Of a DNA stretch of 64,000 nt, positions 19,203-31,393 are shown one piece after another. This DNA comes from Nitrospirota bacterium. GTDB lineage: Bacteria > Nitrospirota > JACRHJ01. Within the stretch, counting starts at the first letter, position 1. Every line of letters begins with the position of its first letter. The notes under the pieces were generated by a model. The model did no database searches, had not been told where the DNA came from, and saw only the letters and a list, made by a program, of their open reading frames with translations. Made by a program: the position numbers and the translations under genes. The stretch spans positions 1-64,000 of the forward strand of contig CAWJRJ010000013.1 of assembly GCA_963845245.1 (NCBI GenBank), written 5' to 3'.

Positions 19203-20071
19203 CGGTCACCGCTTTTTCCGGGTGTCTGGGTTTCCGGCTCGCGCGGTATGGCGGGCGGGGTGTAACGGAGCACCAGCACCTCTTCGAGACGCGTTATGTC
19301 GGCGGTTGGTTTTACGTCGACGTCCAGAAAGTAGCCAGGCGAGTTGCGCGATACCTTTACGACCTCACCGGCCGGCACCCCTTTGGGGAATATGCCGTCC
19401 AGCCCCGATGTGACTATAAGGTCGCCGGGCGCGACGTCGGCGTGTTTCCCGACATAGAGGAGCTTGCACCCGCCGCCGCCGTCGCCGACGAGTATGCCCG
19501 GCTCGCGTGTCCTCTCAGTGACGGACGAAACAGCGGAGGAAGGGTCGGTGATCAGTTGGATGCGGGAGGACGAGCCGTAGGTCTTGATAACCTTGCCGAC
19601 CACCCCTGTGTACACCATTGCCGGGAGGTTCCGTGCGATGCCTGACTCCTCGCCCTTGTCTATCCAAATGGACTTGAACCAGGAAGATGCATCGCGGGCT
19701 ATAGCGTTTGCCGCAATTATAGGGAAGCCCGTCTCCTGCTTGACTTCCAGCAGGTCGTCGAGCCGCTTCTCCTTCGCGAGCGCCTCCATGAGCCTTGTGT
19801 TCTCAAGGGCCAGTTTTGAATTGTCAGCGTTCAGGATGCGGTTTTGCCGCTGTACGCCGACCAGGTTGAAATAGCCGTTCCAGATGCCGGAGGCAGAATC
19901 CCTTGCCATCCTGACGACCCTGACAAACGGATAGGAGACGAAGGACACGGCGCGGTCAAGCGGGCCCGTAGGGCCAGGGTGCCTGACCTGTGAAGTCATC
20001 CAGAGCAGGCCCGCCAGTACCAGCCCTGCCAGGAGGAGGACGCCTTTATTTTTGGCGATATATCGATACAT
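19199..20071 (-). CDS. mreC: Rod shape protein MreC
   Basis: N-terminal TM segment, coiled coil, TSGLDGIFPKG. Confidence 0.95.
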   Translation of the reverse strand: MYRYIAKNKGVLLLAGLVLAGLLWMTSQVRHPGPTGPLDRAVSFVSYPFVRVVRMARDSASGIWNGYFNLVGVQRQNRILNADNSKLALENTRLMEALAKEKRLDDLLEVKQETGFPIIAANAIARDASSWFKSIWIDKGEESGIARNLPAMVYTGVVGKVIKTYGSSSRIQLITDPSSAVSSVTERTREPGILVGDGGGGCKLLYVGKHADVAPGDLIVTSGLDGIFPKGVPAGEVVKVSRNSPGYFLDVDVKPTADITRLEEVLVLRYTPPAIPREPETQTPGKSGDR

Positions 20072-20128
20072 CCGGTTTCTTTTGAGGCCGGGGGCGGATT
20101 GGCCTTCGGAGAGCCCCCAAAGGAGGAT

Positions 20129-21160
<1,032 letters not shown>

Positions 21161-21198
21161 TTAAAACCTCTCCTTATAAAAACATCTCTTTGGATGAA

Positions 21199-21765
21199 CT
21201 ATTCCTTGACCTCGTCAACAACTACAGTGGACGCTATTTCGTCCCCCAGGCGCATGCCCTCGGGGCTGCCGATAATCAGCAGCAGTTCGAAGGCGAGTCC
21301 GAGCACTGCAAGCACCCAGCCCGCTATCGGCACCAGGAAGATAAGGTAAAGGGCACCTATCGTCGAGTTCCTGAGTATCGAGGCACGGTAATCGGCGTTT
21401 CTGCCATCCTTACGGTAGACGGCGCGCAGCCCGATAACCTTCTTGCCGAGACTTCTGCCGCCCATCAGCCCGTCTGCTATTGCAATGTACGTAAGCCCGG
21501 AGAGGATGCCGACATAACCTGGGAGCCTTGCCAGAAGAAGGGCGAAGAGGATGTCTATGAACCTGGCTATGGAACGGTTTAGGGTGTTGGCCTTGACCTG
21601 CTGAAAACCAGATGTTGCCGGGGGTGCCTCCGTGGGTGCTGCCGTCCCCTGACCCTCTTCGGGCAGGTCGCACTTATCTTCACCGGGAGCCGGCTCGAGA
21701 CTGGGCTGACCCCCTGCTTTTTCGTCTTCGCCGCCCCTTATCTCCCTGCCTTCTTCATTCTCCAT
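21199..21765 (-). CDS. RDD-family membrane protein
   Basis: RSIARFID, GRSLGKKVIGL, RLGDEIASTVV. Start uncertain. Confidence 0.85.
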   Translation of the reverse strand: MENEEGREIRGGEDEKAGGQPSLEPAPGEDKCDLPEEGQGTAAPTEAPPATSGFQQVKANTLNRSIARFIDILFALLLARLPGYVGILSGLTYIAIADGLMGGRSLGKKVIGLRAVYRKDGRNADYRASILRNSTIGALYLIFLVPIAGWVLAVLGLAFELLLIIGSPEGMRLGDEIASTVVVDEVKE

Positions 21766-22001
21766 AGCTTTTCGTCCGGGGGTGCCTCGGTACATAAGGA
21801 TAAAACCCGTGTAGTATATCAAAACGGGCAGTGCGATTCAACAGAAATAAACGGTGAAAAAGTAGTTTTTCAGGCCACTTAAAGGGGCTGGGGCGCCTCC
21901 CGCCGGGTATCCTGACCTTGGGTCCAGGGCAAAAAGCATGGGCTGTATGTCCCGCCGGAAATGCTATAATATATATAGTTCAGTAGCCATGGGAGGTGAC
22001 T

Positions 22002-22280
22002 ATGGAGACAAGGATGGAGTATGCCAGAAAAATGGCATTAAAGCTGAGGGAATGGGACGCCGCCATCGACGACCTCAGATTTCATGCTGAACTTGCTGAA
22101 GACCTCCGGCGCAGGGCTGAATACGACAAGAAGATAGTGGAGCTGAGAGAAAAGAGAAACGAGGGGACGGACCTTTTAAGAAGGGTACACGAGGTGGACC
22201 AGTCGTCCCTTGAGGAGGTCGGGGATGCTATAGACAGCCTGATTGGTGAGCGACGCCCGCCTTTCAGGATGGCGGCCTGA
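22002..22280 (+). CDS. Small coiled-coil hypothetical protein
   Basis: GGAGG RBS, helical charged sequence, followed by a terminator. Confidence 0.75.
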   Translation: METRMEYARKMALKLREWDAAIDDLRFHAELAEDLRRRAEYDKKIVELREKRNEGTDLLRRVHEVDQSSLEEVGDAIDSLIGERRPPFRMAA

Positions 22281-22305
22281 GTAGCGGCATGCAGGACTAA
22301 TGAAT

Positions 22306-22336
22306 AAAAAAGGAGGCCAAAACGGCCTCCTTTTTT
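22306..22336. terminator. Bidirectional terminator
   Basis: A6-GGAGGCC-loop-GGCCTCC-T6. Confidence 0.85.
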
Positions 22337-22355
22337 ATTGTCCATAATGTATGTG

Positions 22356-23657
22356 CTATCTGTTCTTCACAGGGTTAACCCTGTCGTAGAAACGCTCGAC
22401 GTGGCAGCCGACGATGCAGGAGCCGCCGTTCTCGGTCTTGGTGAAGCGTATCGGGTAGCTGAGCTTGCCGAAGGGCACCTTTTCGCGTATGTGCTTGGCC
22501 TGCTTGCCCGCGTGTACCTCGTGGCAGGCGCGGCAGGTGCGGCCCTTCGGGGTCTTGTTGACGTGCACGAAGTGCATGTTCTTGTCGCCGTTCCTGAAGC
22601 CCGTCAGGGTGGTGGTGAACTCGTCTATCGCGATGTCCTTGTTGTGGCAGTCGAAGCAGAGCGCATACTTGTCGGTCGAGTAGGGCGCGTAGAACTCCGG
22701 CGGGAAGTAGTCGACCAGTATCCTGTAGTTGTCGGTCCCGTGCACGCCGTGGCAGCTGACGCAGTCGCCGCTCCGTACCGGGCCGTGCTTGTCCGGGTTG
22801 GCGTCAAGCCAGGCCTTCATGTTGCTTATCTCGCCGAGCTGCTTGTTGTGGCACGAGAGGCAGAGGCTTGAGCCGCCGCCCGCCCTCAGGAGCGGGCTGT
22901 CGTTCGAGACATGCGGCTCGTGGCAGTTCATGCATGCTTTTTCGTCTGTAACGGGCTTGTGCTGCTCTTTTGCCTTTGATATCTTGTCGGCTATCTTGTC
23001 GTGGCAGGTGAAGCAAAGCGCCGGTACCGGCTTCAGAAGGTTGTACTTGTTCTCCGAGCCGTGTGCGCTGTGGCAGTTCGTGCAGCGGTCCGCCACCGGC
23101 GGGTGTATGTGCTTGCCGGCCGCGAACTCGTCCTTCTTGTCCACGTGGCAGGTGAAGCACAGCTCGTTGCCAGGGGCGATCAGCTGGAAGTCGTTCGGCG
23201 AGGTGTGCGGGTCGTGGCAGGCTATACAGTCGCCGGCCGCAACCGGCCCGTGTACGAACTTGTGGTTGGTCTTGTTGTCCTCGTGGCATTTGAAGCAGAG
23301 GTCCTTGCCCTCCGCCGCCAGCTGGAACTTGAATGGAGAGCTGTGCGGGCTGTGGCACCCCGTGCAGTCGCCGGAGGCGATCGGCCCGTGTACGTGCGCC
23401 TTGGTGTTCTTCTTGTCGTGGCACTGGTAGCACAGTTCCGCGCCCTCGGCGGCCAGTTTGAACTTGTGGTCGCCTATCTTGGTGTGGCACGCAGTGCAGT
23501 CGTAGCCGCCAACCGGCCCGTGCACGAACTTGTTGTCGAGGAGCTTGGCATGGCAGGCTTTGGCCACGCAGCTCGGGTCCGGGTCCGCAAATGAAAGTTG
23601 CGCGTACCCGATTGCAAGGGTAAGAATGCTGAAAACGATGGCTGCCTTAAGACGCAT
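22356..23657 (-). CDS. Periplasmic multiheme cytochrome c (13 CxxCH, one CX4CH, one CX3CH)
   Basis: Signal peptide MRLKAAIVFS; repeated HGP...CxxCH..H...LCxxCH doublets. Confidence 0.93.
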   Translation of the reverse strand: MRLKAAIVFSILTLAIGYAQLSFADPDPSCVAKACHAKLLDNKFVHGPVGGYDCTACHTKIGDHKFKLAAEGAELCYQCHDKKNTKAHVHGPIASGDCTGCHSPHSSPFKFQLAAEGKDLCFKCHEDNKTNHKFVHGPVAAGDCIACHDPHTSPNDFQLIAPGNELCFTCHVDKKDEFAAGKHIHPPVADRCTNCHSAHGSENKYNLLKPVPALCFTCHDKIADKISKAKEQHKPVTDEKACMNCHEPHVSNDSPLLRAGGGSSLCLSCHNKQLGEISNMKAWLDANPDKHGPVRSGDCVSCHGVHGTDNYRILVDYFPPEFYAPYSTDKYALCFDCHNKDIAIDEFTTTLTGFRNGDKNMHFVHVNKTPKGRTCRACHEVHAGKQAKHIREKVPFGKLSYPIRFTKTENGGSCIVGCHVERFYDRVNPVKNR

Positions 23658-23694
23658 GTGTAGATTCCCCTTTCCCTCAAAAAAGTTTGCCGGA

Positions 23695-24772
23695 TCAGCC
23701 CGCACTTCCGTACGAGTGGAGGCCTGATAGAAGCAGGTTGACGCCAAGGTATGTAAAAACGACTGCAAGAAAGCCGACCATCGAAAGCACCGCAGCCCTC
23801 TGTCCGCGCCAGCCCCTTGTCAGGCGGGCGTGCAGGTAGGCCGCATATACGAGCCAGGTGATAAGAGACCAGGTCTCCTTGGGGTCCCAGCCCCAGTATG
23901 TGCCCCATGCGCTGTTGGCCCAGACCGCGCCCGTTATGATGCCTACCGTAAGCAGGGGGAAGCCGATGGCTATCGTCTTGTATCCCACCTCGTCCAGAAG
24001 CTCGGACGTGTTTGCAAAGCCCGCGAGCTTGTCCTTGATCTTGATCCCCGATCAGCCAGCTTACGAGCAGTATGCCGGCAAGGCCGAGCCAGCTCACTAT
24101 CTTCATTGCCGCCGCAGGGTTCCTGAACGTGCCTTCGAGCATGCGGGCGCCCTCGCGTCCCGGGTTAACGCCAAAGAATACGGCGTCTATGCACAGAGAC
24201 AGCATGATTGCTATAAGCATGCCGATGCAGAGGCTCCAGAAAGTGTAAATGGCGTTTTTTTCCTTCGTGTTGACTATCAGGTACATCAGGCTGACGCCGA
24301 ACGAGATTGCGAATGCGGCGTAGCCAAGGAACGAGGTGATGACGTGTATGTGCAGCCAGTAGCTCTTGAGCGCCGGCACAAGGGGCTCGATCTCCTTGGG
24401 TATGTTGGGCGCCACGAAGATGTATGTCATGGCGAGGAAGGCAACCGGCATGACGAAAGCGCCGAATGTCTTGTTTTTGTATTTCCACTCGACAATCAGG
24501 TAGATCAGTATGATCGTCCAGGCCCCGAACGACATCGACTCGAACAGGTTCGAGATTGGTATGTGGCCGATCTCGGCGCCCATCTGGTAGGATTCATACC
24601 ACCTGATGGCTATCGAGGAAGTGTGGGACAGGAAACCGAGCGCTGTGAGCCCGGTCGCGATGTTGCCGACGCCCTTGCTCCTGAACTGGATGTGCGCAAG
24701 GTAGAAAACCATTGCGAACAGGTAGAAAAGGGTCGCTATCTTGAAAAACGTGATGTTGATGTCAAAGCTCAT
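23695..24772 (-). CDS. ccsA: Cytochrome c biogenesis CcsA/ResC, frameshift near 24050
   Basis: [12 protein letters not shown] and the WWD motif [18 protein letters not shown] are in two frames. Confidence 0.92.
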
Positions 24773-24804
24773 CTTCTTTGTCCTCCGGAAACGGCGTTAA
24801 AACG

Positions 24805-26277
24805 TTACTTCGCCCCGAGCCTGTCCAGCATGCGCCCGAAATCCTCTTCGAATGCCTTTCTGTTTTTGTTCGCGCTGCCTGCGGCGGTTATTATTACCTG
24901 GCCCTTCTCACCTTGCACAAGCCTTATCCATACCCTCTTGTGATAAGTGAAGAAGGCTATCATTATGCCCAGGACCATAAGCGTGCAGCCGGTCCAGACG
25001 ATCCATACGCCCGGGTCGTAGGTTACCTGCAGGCCTGTATAGTACGGACCCTTGTAGTTCATAATTGCGAGCGTGAAGGGCATCTTCGACGGCTGTGAAT
25101 CCGGCGCCTCGTTCAGTATGACAGCCTGGTCCACCATGTCGCCGTGCGCGTCGAGGAACTTCATCACTGCGGCACCGTGGCCCTTGAACTGGTCGCTCTG
25201 CGCCATTATCTGGTTGTTCGGGCCTATGGCCACGTCGGGTGCAAGCTGGTCTATCACCATGTCGTAGTTGGTGCCTTCGATATGGACCTTTTCGTCCTTC
25301 TTCATCATGTAGTCGCGGATGTTGGGGCTACCGTCCTTGGGCGTGACCCGTATAGTCATAGTGGCCATGCCGGGCATGACGCCGTATGAAGACTGGAAGA
25401 AGCGGATTCCCTTGTACTGCATCGGGTCGTTTACCCGTATGGTCTTGGTGAACATTTCCTTGCCGTTGTCGACGATGGTCAGGGTCGAGAGATAGTCGGA
25501 CGGCATCTGCGAACTGCCGTACATCTTAAGCTCGAATTTGTCGCAGCGCACCTTGAAGCCGAGGGGCACCTCAGGCCCGAAGTTCCGCAGCAGGGGCTTG
25601 TTTATGATGCTTATGGCGTCTACCGAGTTGTTCTCCATTATCTGGACATAACCCTTGTAGCCCCAGAATGAGCCGATGAGGGCGCCTATGAAGATTATGA
25701 GTACGCTGATGTGCGTTACGTAAACGCCGAGCCTGGAGTACCTGCCCTTTTCGGCATAGTACTGGAATGAGCCGCCCTCGGACGCCTCTTTAGGGGAGAA
25801 CCCGGCGTGCTTGACTGCGGCCCTGGCCTGCCCCTTTAACGCCTCCATGTCGCCCTTTATACGGATTTCCTTCTTGATCGCGAGCCCCTTGAGCGACTCG
25901 TCGGTAAGGGGCTGTTGCACCTTCCGGATGATGTTGAAGACGCCCGGCAGTCTCTCGTAGGTGCATACCGAGAGGTTGGACGAGAGCAGCATGAGCAGGC
26001 CGACGAACCACCATGAGTGGTACATGTTGGTAAGCCCGAGTTTGATGATGAGGTTGAGCCAGCCCTGTGCGGAGTCGTGGCCGAACAGGTCTATCATCAT
26101 CTGTAGATTTTTGTTGGGGTCTGTCTGGTCGATGACGGTGCCGATGATGGAGACCGCCGCCAGGACAATCAACAGGATTACGGTGAGTTTAAGGGATGCG
26201 AAGAAGTCCCATACCCTTTTTAAAACCCCGTCATCTGCCTTCTTGACATCTGAACCGGTTGCTTTGTTCTCTTCCAA
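24805..26277 (-). CDS. resB: Cytochrome c biogenesis ResB/CcsB
   Basis: FFASLKL, MYHSWWF, THISV, FFQSSYG, TGLQVTYDPG. Confidence 0.93.
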   Translation of the reverse strand: MEENKATGSDVKKADDGVLKRVWDFFASLKLTVILLIVLAAVSIIGTVIDQTDPNKNLQMMIDLFGHDSAQGWLNLIIKLGLTNMYHSWWFVGLLMLLSSNLSVCTYERLPGVFNIIRKVQQPLTDESLKGLAIKKEIRIKGDMEALKGQARAAVKHAGFSPKEASEGGSFQYYAEKGRYSRLGVYVTHISVLIIFIGALIGSFWGYKGYVQIMENNSVDAISIINKPLLRNFGPEVPLGFKVRCDKFELKMYGSSQMPSDYLSTLTIVDNGKEMFTKTIRVNDPMQYKGIRFFQSSYGVMPGMATMTIRVTPKDGSPNIRDYMMKKDEKVHIEGTNYDMVIDQLAPDVAIGPNNQIMAQSDQFKGHGAAVMKFLDAHGDMVDQAVILNEAPDSQPSKMPFTLAIMNYKGPYYTGLQVTYDPGVWIVWTGCTLMVLGIMIAFFTYHKRVWIRLVQGEKGQVIITAAGSANKNRKAFEEDFGRMLDRLGAK

Positions 26278-26385
26278 TTAATTACTCCTCTTTTGATCTG
26301 GGGAATGGAAGCACGTGGACAAGTGGAAAACTCGAAAAATATAGCACCTATATGTCGGCAGTGTCAAGATAAATCGCCTGTTATC

Positions 26386-27021
26386 TCAGGTCTTTACCTT
26401 AGCCAGCAGCTCCACTATTTTGGCTTTTGCAACCCTTCCTTCCCGAAGGATGCGGGGAGGGTCGCAGGTCAGGTCCACAACGGTGCTTGCCGGGGCCCCC
26501 GGTGTTGTGCCCCCGTCGAGGACCATGTCTATGCCCGTCAGTGCGGATGCCACCTCTTTGGCAGTTGTAAGCCCGGGCAGGCCCGCCTGGTTGGCCGACG
26601 TGGCCGTCACCGGCCCACCCAGGGCCCGCGCGAGGCCGGAAGCCACTTCATGTACCGGTAGGCGGATGCCGATTTTCCCCGTCCCGCCCGTCAAACTTTC
26701 CGGCACGGCCCCGGAGGCCCAGAAGACGAGCGTTACCGGCCCAGGCATTAGTTTTTCCACCGCGGTCCGCGCCAGTGGGCTCAACTCTCTGGTTAATAAG
26801 GTAATTTCTGGCTTTTCGTGGACGATGACCGGCAGGGGTTTTATGACGCTCCGCCCCTTGGCGTCGAAGACCTTCTTTACCGCTTCCGGGTTCAAGGCGT
26901 CCGCGCCCAGGGCATAGAAAGACTCGGTTGGATATGCGACAAGTCCGCCATTTTCAAGGACTTCGGCGGCCTCTGCCAGCGCGGGTGCCGGGTCTGATGG
27001 GTCTATCTTTACTATGCGCAC
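26386..27021 (-). CDS. tsaC: Threonylcarbamoyl-AMP synthase (Sua5/YrdC)
   Basis: AYPTESFYALG, KGR, TATSAN; GTG start at 27021. Confidence 0.92.
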   Translation of the reverse strand: MRIVKIDPSDPAPALAEAAEVLENGGLVAYPTESFYALGADALNPEAVKKVFDAKGRSVIKPLPVIVHEKPEITLLTRELSPLARTAVEKLMPGPVTLVFWASGAVPESLTGGTGKIGIRLPVHEVASGLARALGGPVTATSANQAGLPGLTTAKEVASALTGIDMVLDGGTTPGAPASTVVDLTCDPPRILREGRVAKAKIVELLAKVKT

Positions 27022-27926
27022 CCCTCCTGGCCCCCCTTTTTGGCTATCGCGCAGGTCTTGCACCCGGCGTCGCAGGGTTCGGGGTGTATCAGGACGTGCG
27101 AGTGGGGGAGGTCCTTTTCGATCTCGGTCTCAAGCGCGTTGCACAGGTCGTGTATCCGGTGGATGGGGTGTTCGCGGGGTACGACCAGGTGAAGGTCGAT
27201 GAACCGCTGCGAGCCGCTCTTCCTTGCGCGCAGGTCGTGGAACTCCAGATAATGCTCCCCCTGCCGGGCAAGCGCGCCGTGTATCGTCGCCAGTTCGTCA
27301 TCCGGCAGCGATACGTCCACCATGTGCGCGATGCCCTCCATCGTTATGTCGTAGGCGGCCTTTAATATTATCAATGCCACGCAGAGCGCGATTATGGGGT
27401 CGAATATCGCCTTGCCGGTTATCTTTATCAGGGCAAGCCCGCCCAGGACGCCAAGCGAGGTGTACACGTCGGTGCGCAGGTGCCATGCGTCCGCCGCAAG
27501 CGCTGGCGAGCCGGTCTTCTTGGCAATCTGGAAAAGTTTGCGGGATACCAGGTAGTTGACTATGGATGACAGCGCCATCACGCCAAGCCCCCAGCCCAGC
27601 GTCTCCGGGCCTTCGCCCTTGAAGAGCTTCGGCAGGGCCTCGTAAATGATTATCCCGGCGCCGACGAAGATCAGTATGCCCTCGGCCACCCCGGCGACGT
27701 TCTCGAACTTCCCGTGGCCGAAGTTGTGGTCCTTGTCCGCCCCCTTGCCGGATATCCTCACGCCGAAGAAGGTGATGACGGACGCGGCGAGGTCGACGCC
27801 GGAGTGCATGCCTTCGGCCGCGATACTGACCGAGCCGGTGAGTATGCCGACGGTTATCTTCAGGACTACGAGTACGGAGTTGGATACTATGGAAAGCCTT
27901 GCCCAGCTTTCCTTTTCGCTCTGCAT
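27012..27926 (-). CDS. Cation diffusion facilitator transporter
   Basis: HSGVD, HNFGHGKFE, HLRTD. Confidence 0.93.
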   Translation of the reverse strand: MQSEKESWARLSIVSNSVLVVLKITVGILTGSVSIAAEGMHSGVDLAASVITFFGVRISGKGADKDHNFGHGKFENVAGVAEGILIFVGAGIIIYEALPKLFKGEGPETLGWGLGVMALSSIVNYLVSRKLFQIAKKTGSPALAADAWHLRTDVYTSLGVLGGLALIKITGKAIFDPIIALCVALIILKAAYDITMEGIAHMVDVSLPDDELATIHGALARQGEHYLEFHDLRARKSGSQRFIDLHLVVPREHPIHRIHDLCNALETEIEKDLPHSHVLIHPEPCDAGCKTCAIAKKGGQEGCA

Positions 27927-28032
27927 GGAAGACCTCTATTTGTCGGGGCCGTTTGTGCGGTTATTCAGCCGGCCTGCGGCGAAGACGAAGAAGACGATAA
28001 GTATTATGGCAACTATTTCGCCGAAACCTATT

Positions 28033-28705
28033 CTATACATCCCCCGCCTCCTCGAACCCCTTGTTCCGAAGCAGGCAACTGTCGCACCGCCCGCAGGGTG
28101 TCCCGTCAGGCGCGGGGTCGTAGCACGAATGCGTCAGCGTATAGTCCACGCCCAGCTTGCGGCCCAGTTTTATTATACCTGCTTTTGTGAGTTTGATAAG
28201 CGGCGCGTGTATCTTGAACTTGTCGCCCTCGACACCCGCCTTTGTGGCGAGGTTTGCCATCCTCGCAAATGCGCGTATGTATTCCGGGCGGCAGTCGGGG
28301 TAGCCGGAGTAGTCGAGCGCGTTGACGCCGATGAATATGTCGTGCGCGCCGAGGGATTCCGCGAAGGCGAGCGCAAGCGACAGGAAGACGGTGTTCCTCG
28401 CGGGTACGTATGTCACCGGGATGCCGGTGCCGATGTCCTTGTGCGAGCGGGACTTCGGGACGGGGATCGCGGATGTGAGCGCCGAGCCGCCGAAGCGGGA
28501 GAGGTCCACCTTCACGACCTCATGCCTTGTAGCGCCCAAGCGCCTTTGCCACCTTCTTCGCCGCCTTCAGCTCGAACTTGTGCCTCTGGCCGTAGTCGAA
28601 CGACAGGGCGTAGCACTCGTAGCCCTTCGAAACGGCATATGCTAAAACGGTGGCCGAATCAAGGCCACCGGATAACAATATAACTGCTTTTTTGGGAGTA
28701 ATCAT
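28033..28705 (-). CDS. queC: 7-cyano-7-deazaguanine synthase, frameshift near 28530
   Basis: [30 protein letters not shown]. Confidence 0.94.
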
Positions 28706-28747
28706 AGGTTATGATAGAGGCGGGTAAAATTATTCTAAACCGTCTCT

Positions 28748-30248
28748 TTAGATGTTTTCTGAAGAGGCTGTCCCGCCCGCTACAGCCCCGCCTTCGGCTT
28801 CGGGCCAGAAGGTTTCCTGCGTCTTCGCTTCTTCTTTGCCGCCGCTGCGCCTCGCCGCCCTCGGCAGTTGGTACTGCGGGTTGGTACTGCGGTTCGGTCT
28901 TTCAGCCTGTGGAGGTTTCGGACCCGCCGGTCTTGGCGCTGACGTCCTTCTCTCGGGCGGTCTGCCGGAAGACGGGCCACCTCGCCCGCTATCCCTGCCG
29001 CCGCCACGTCCGCCACGTCTTGCCTCAAGCGCGGCGCGTTCCTCGCGGCGTATGCGGTTACGCTCCTCGGCGGCCTTGCGCTCCTCGGGCGTGCGCCTCT
29101 TCTCCTTGGCGAACATATCCTCGTCCGGCCAGACGACCGGGATCTTCATCTTGATGTATTCCTGTATCGGCTCCAGCGAGAAGACGTACTCCTCGTCCGC
29201 GAATGCGTATGCCTTGCCGTATGCGCCCGCGCGCGCGGTGCGGCCTATCCTGTGGACGTAGTCCTCGGCGTCCTGGGGCAGGTCGTAGTTGAAGACGTGG
29301 CTCACGTCATCCACGTGTATCCCGCGCGATGCGACGTCCGTCGCGACGAGTATCGGGAGCTTTCCCGCCTTGAAGTCTTCGAGTATGCGCATCCGCTTGT
29401 TCTGTGCTATGTCGCCCGAGATCATGTCGGATGGGAAGCCGTTGCGGTTGAGGCGTTCCACCACGCTTTCGGCCTCGCGCTTGGTGTTGACGAACAGCAT
29501 GCTGCGCTGTGGCTGCTCCTTCTGGAGGATGCCAAGAAGCAGGCTGAACTTCTCCTGCCGCCCGACATGGAACAGCGACTGCTCTATCCTGTCAACCGTC
29601 ATATGCTCTGCGTCTATCTGTATCCGCTCGGGGTTGTTCATGTGCTCGTAGGCAAGCTCCATGACGCGCATCGAGAGCGTGGCCGAGAACAGCATCGCCT
29701 GGCGCTTGTCGAATTCGGGCATGCGCCGAAGCATATAGCGGATGTCGGCGATGAAGCCCATGTCGAACATCCGGTCGGCCTCGTCTATGACGAGCGTCTC
29801 GATGTACTTGAGGCTGAACACCTTCTGCTTGAAGTAGTCTATCAGCCTGCCGGGCGTGCCCGACAAGGACGTCGGTACCGGCTTCGAGCTTCTCGCGCTG
29901 CTTCTGGTAGTCCACGCCTCCGTAGACGGCCATGCAGTCGAGCCCGGTATGCTTGCCCAGTACCTGCGCGTCTTCGAGTATCTGGATGGCAAGCTCGCGG
30001 GTGGGCGCGATGATTATCGCCCTCGGCGCGCGTCCATGTTGAGGCGGGTCCATTTTCTTGATGCGGTTAAAGATCGAGATGAGGAATGCGGCGGTCTTGC
30101 CTGTGCCGGTCTGCGCCTGGACGGCGAGGTCTTTTCCGGCCAGGGCCAGCGGGAGGGATGCCTCCTGCACGGCGGTCAGCGTTACGAAACCGGTGTCCTT
30201 TATTCCCTCTAATACTTCCCTTGAAAGGTTCAGTTCTTCGAATATCAT
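28748..30248 (-). CDS. rhlB: DEAD-box RNA helicase (RhlB-like), frameshift near 29870
   Basis: AQTGTGKT, PTRELA, DEAD, SAT, HRIGRTAR. Orthologue assignment is less certain than the family. Confidence 0.85.
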
Positions 30249-30369
30249 GCCGATAGTGTACACCAAGAGGGCTTTTTTTCAAAGGAAAAAGGGATTTGTA
30301 ACTTTAACGAGGTTGATGCCGTCTGATAAATATGGTATCTTTTAATTACCCCTAAACAGGAGGTATGCC

Positions 30370-30726
30370 ATGAAGATAGCTGTATCAAGCTTGGATGGCA
30401 AGACCATTTGCGGGCAGTTAGGGAGTTGCAACCAGTTCATTATTTTTGAAGCGGACGAGTTTGGTATAAAGAACAGGAAGTTACGGGATAGCGCTTTTTT
30501 GTCTGACGCGGCGATGGCGGACGGGATGCACAGGGACAACATGCTTCAGGACTGTCAGGCCGTCATTACGCAGGGGATGAGCAGGGGCATGTACGAGGGC
30601 CTCTACAGGGCGGGGATAATCCCGGTCATCACGATGGAGAACGAGCCCGCCGCCGCCGTGCGGCAGTTCGTGTCTGGTTGTCTGCCATCCACCCACAAGG
30701 GGGATTGCTCCTGCGGGGACCACTAG
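30370..30726 (+). CDS. NifB/NifX-family protein
   Basis: MKIAV..., DCQAVITQGM...L..AGI pattern; Cys-rich tail. Confidence 0.78.
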   Translation: MKIAVSSLDGKTICGQLGSCNQFIIFEADEFGIKNRKLRDSAFLSDAAMADGMHRDNMLQDCQAVITQGMSRGMYEGLYRAGIIPVITMENEPAAAVRQFVSGCLPSTHKGDCSCGDH

Positions 30727-30732
30727 TCCCTG

Positions 30733-31386
30733 ATGAAGGACCACGAGCTTCCAAAAGCGATATCGGCCATAAAGAAGGCGGTCAGGGGCTTCAAGACCCC
30801 GGCCGTCTCCGTCGTGGCGGAGACGAAAGACCCGTATAAGGTCTTGATTTCATGCATCCTTAGCCTCCGCACCCAGGACGGGACGACAGCGGATGCTTCC
30901 GCGCGCCTGTTCGGCCTTGCGGCCACTCCCCAAAAAATGCTTGGCATTGACGTGAAAACGGTCGAAAAGGCTATATACCCCGTAGGTTTCTACCGCACCA
31001 AGGCGGTCTCCATTCAAAAAATCAACAGAATACTGGTAGATGAGTTCCAGGGCAGAGTCCCGGATTCGATGGATGAGCTTCTGAAGCTGCCCGGAGTCGG
31101 CAGGAAGACGGCCAACCTGGTAATTAGCATAGGCTTCGGTCAGCCCGCGATCTGCGTCGATACCCACGTGCACAGGATCACGAACCGGTGGGGCTACGTA
31201 TCCACAAAGACGCCCGAACAGACCGAGGCGGCCCTCAGGGACAAGCTTCCGAAAAGGTACTGGATAGAGATAAACGACCTGCTGGTGAAGTTCGGGCAGA
31301 ACCAGTGCAAACCCGTGTCGCCGATATGTTCAAGCTGTCCGGTGGCGGCGTACTGCGATAGAGTGGGAGTGGGGAAGAGCAGGTAG
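30733..31386 (+). CDS. nth: Endonuclease III
   Basis: HhH LPGVGRKTA, VDTHV, CX6CX2CX5C. Confidence 0.95.
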   Translation: MKDHELPKAISAIKKAVRGFKTPAVSVVAETKDPYKVLISCILSLRTQDGTTADASARLFGLAATPQKMLGIDVKTVEKAIYPVGFYRTKAVSIQKINRILVDEFQGRVPDSMDELLKLPGVGRKTANLVISIGFGQPAICVDTHVHRITNRWGYVSTKTPEQTEAALRDKLPKRYWIEINDLLVKFGQNQCKPVSPICSSCPVAAYCDRVGVGKSR

Positions 31387-31393
31387 AGGGGTT

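Noticed and set aside
30370..30726. Nitrogen fixation cluster
   Set aside because: A stand-alone NifB/NifX-domain protein with no nifHDK genes in the window.
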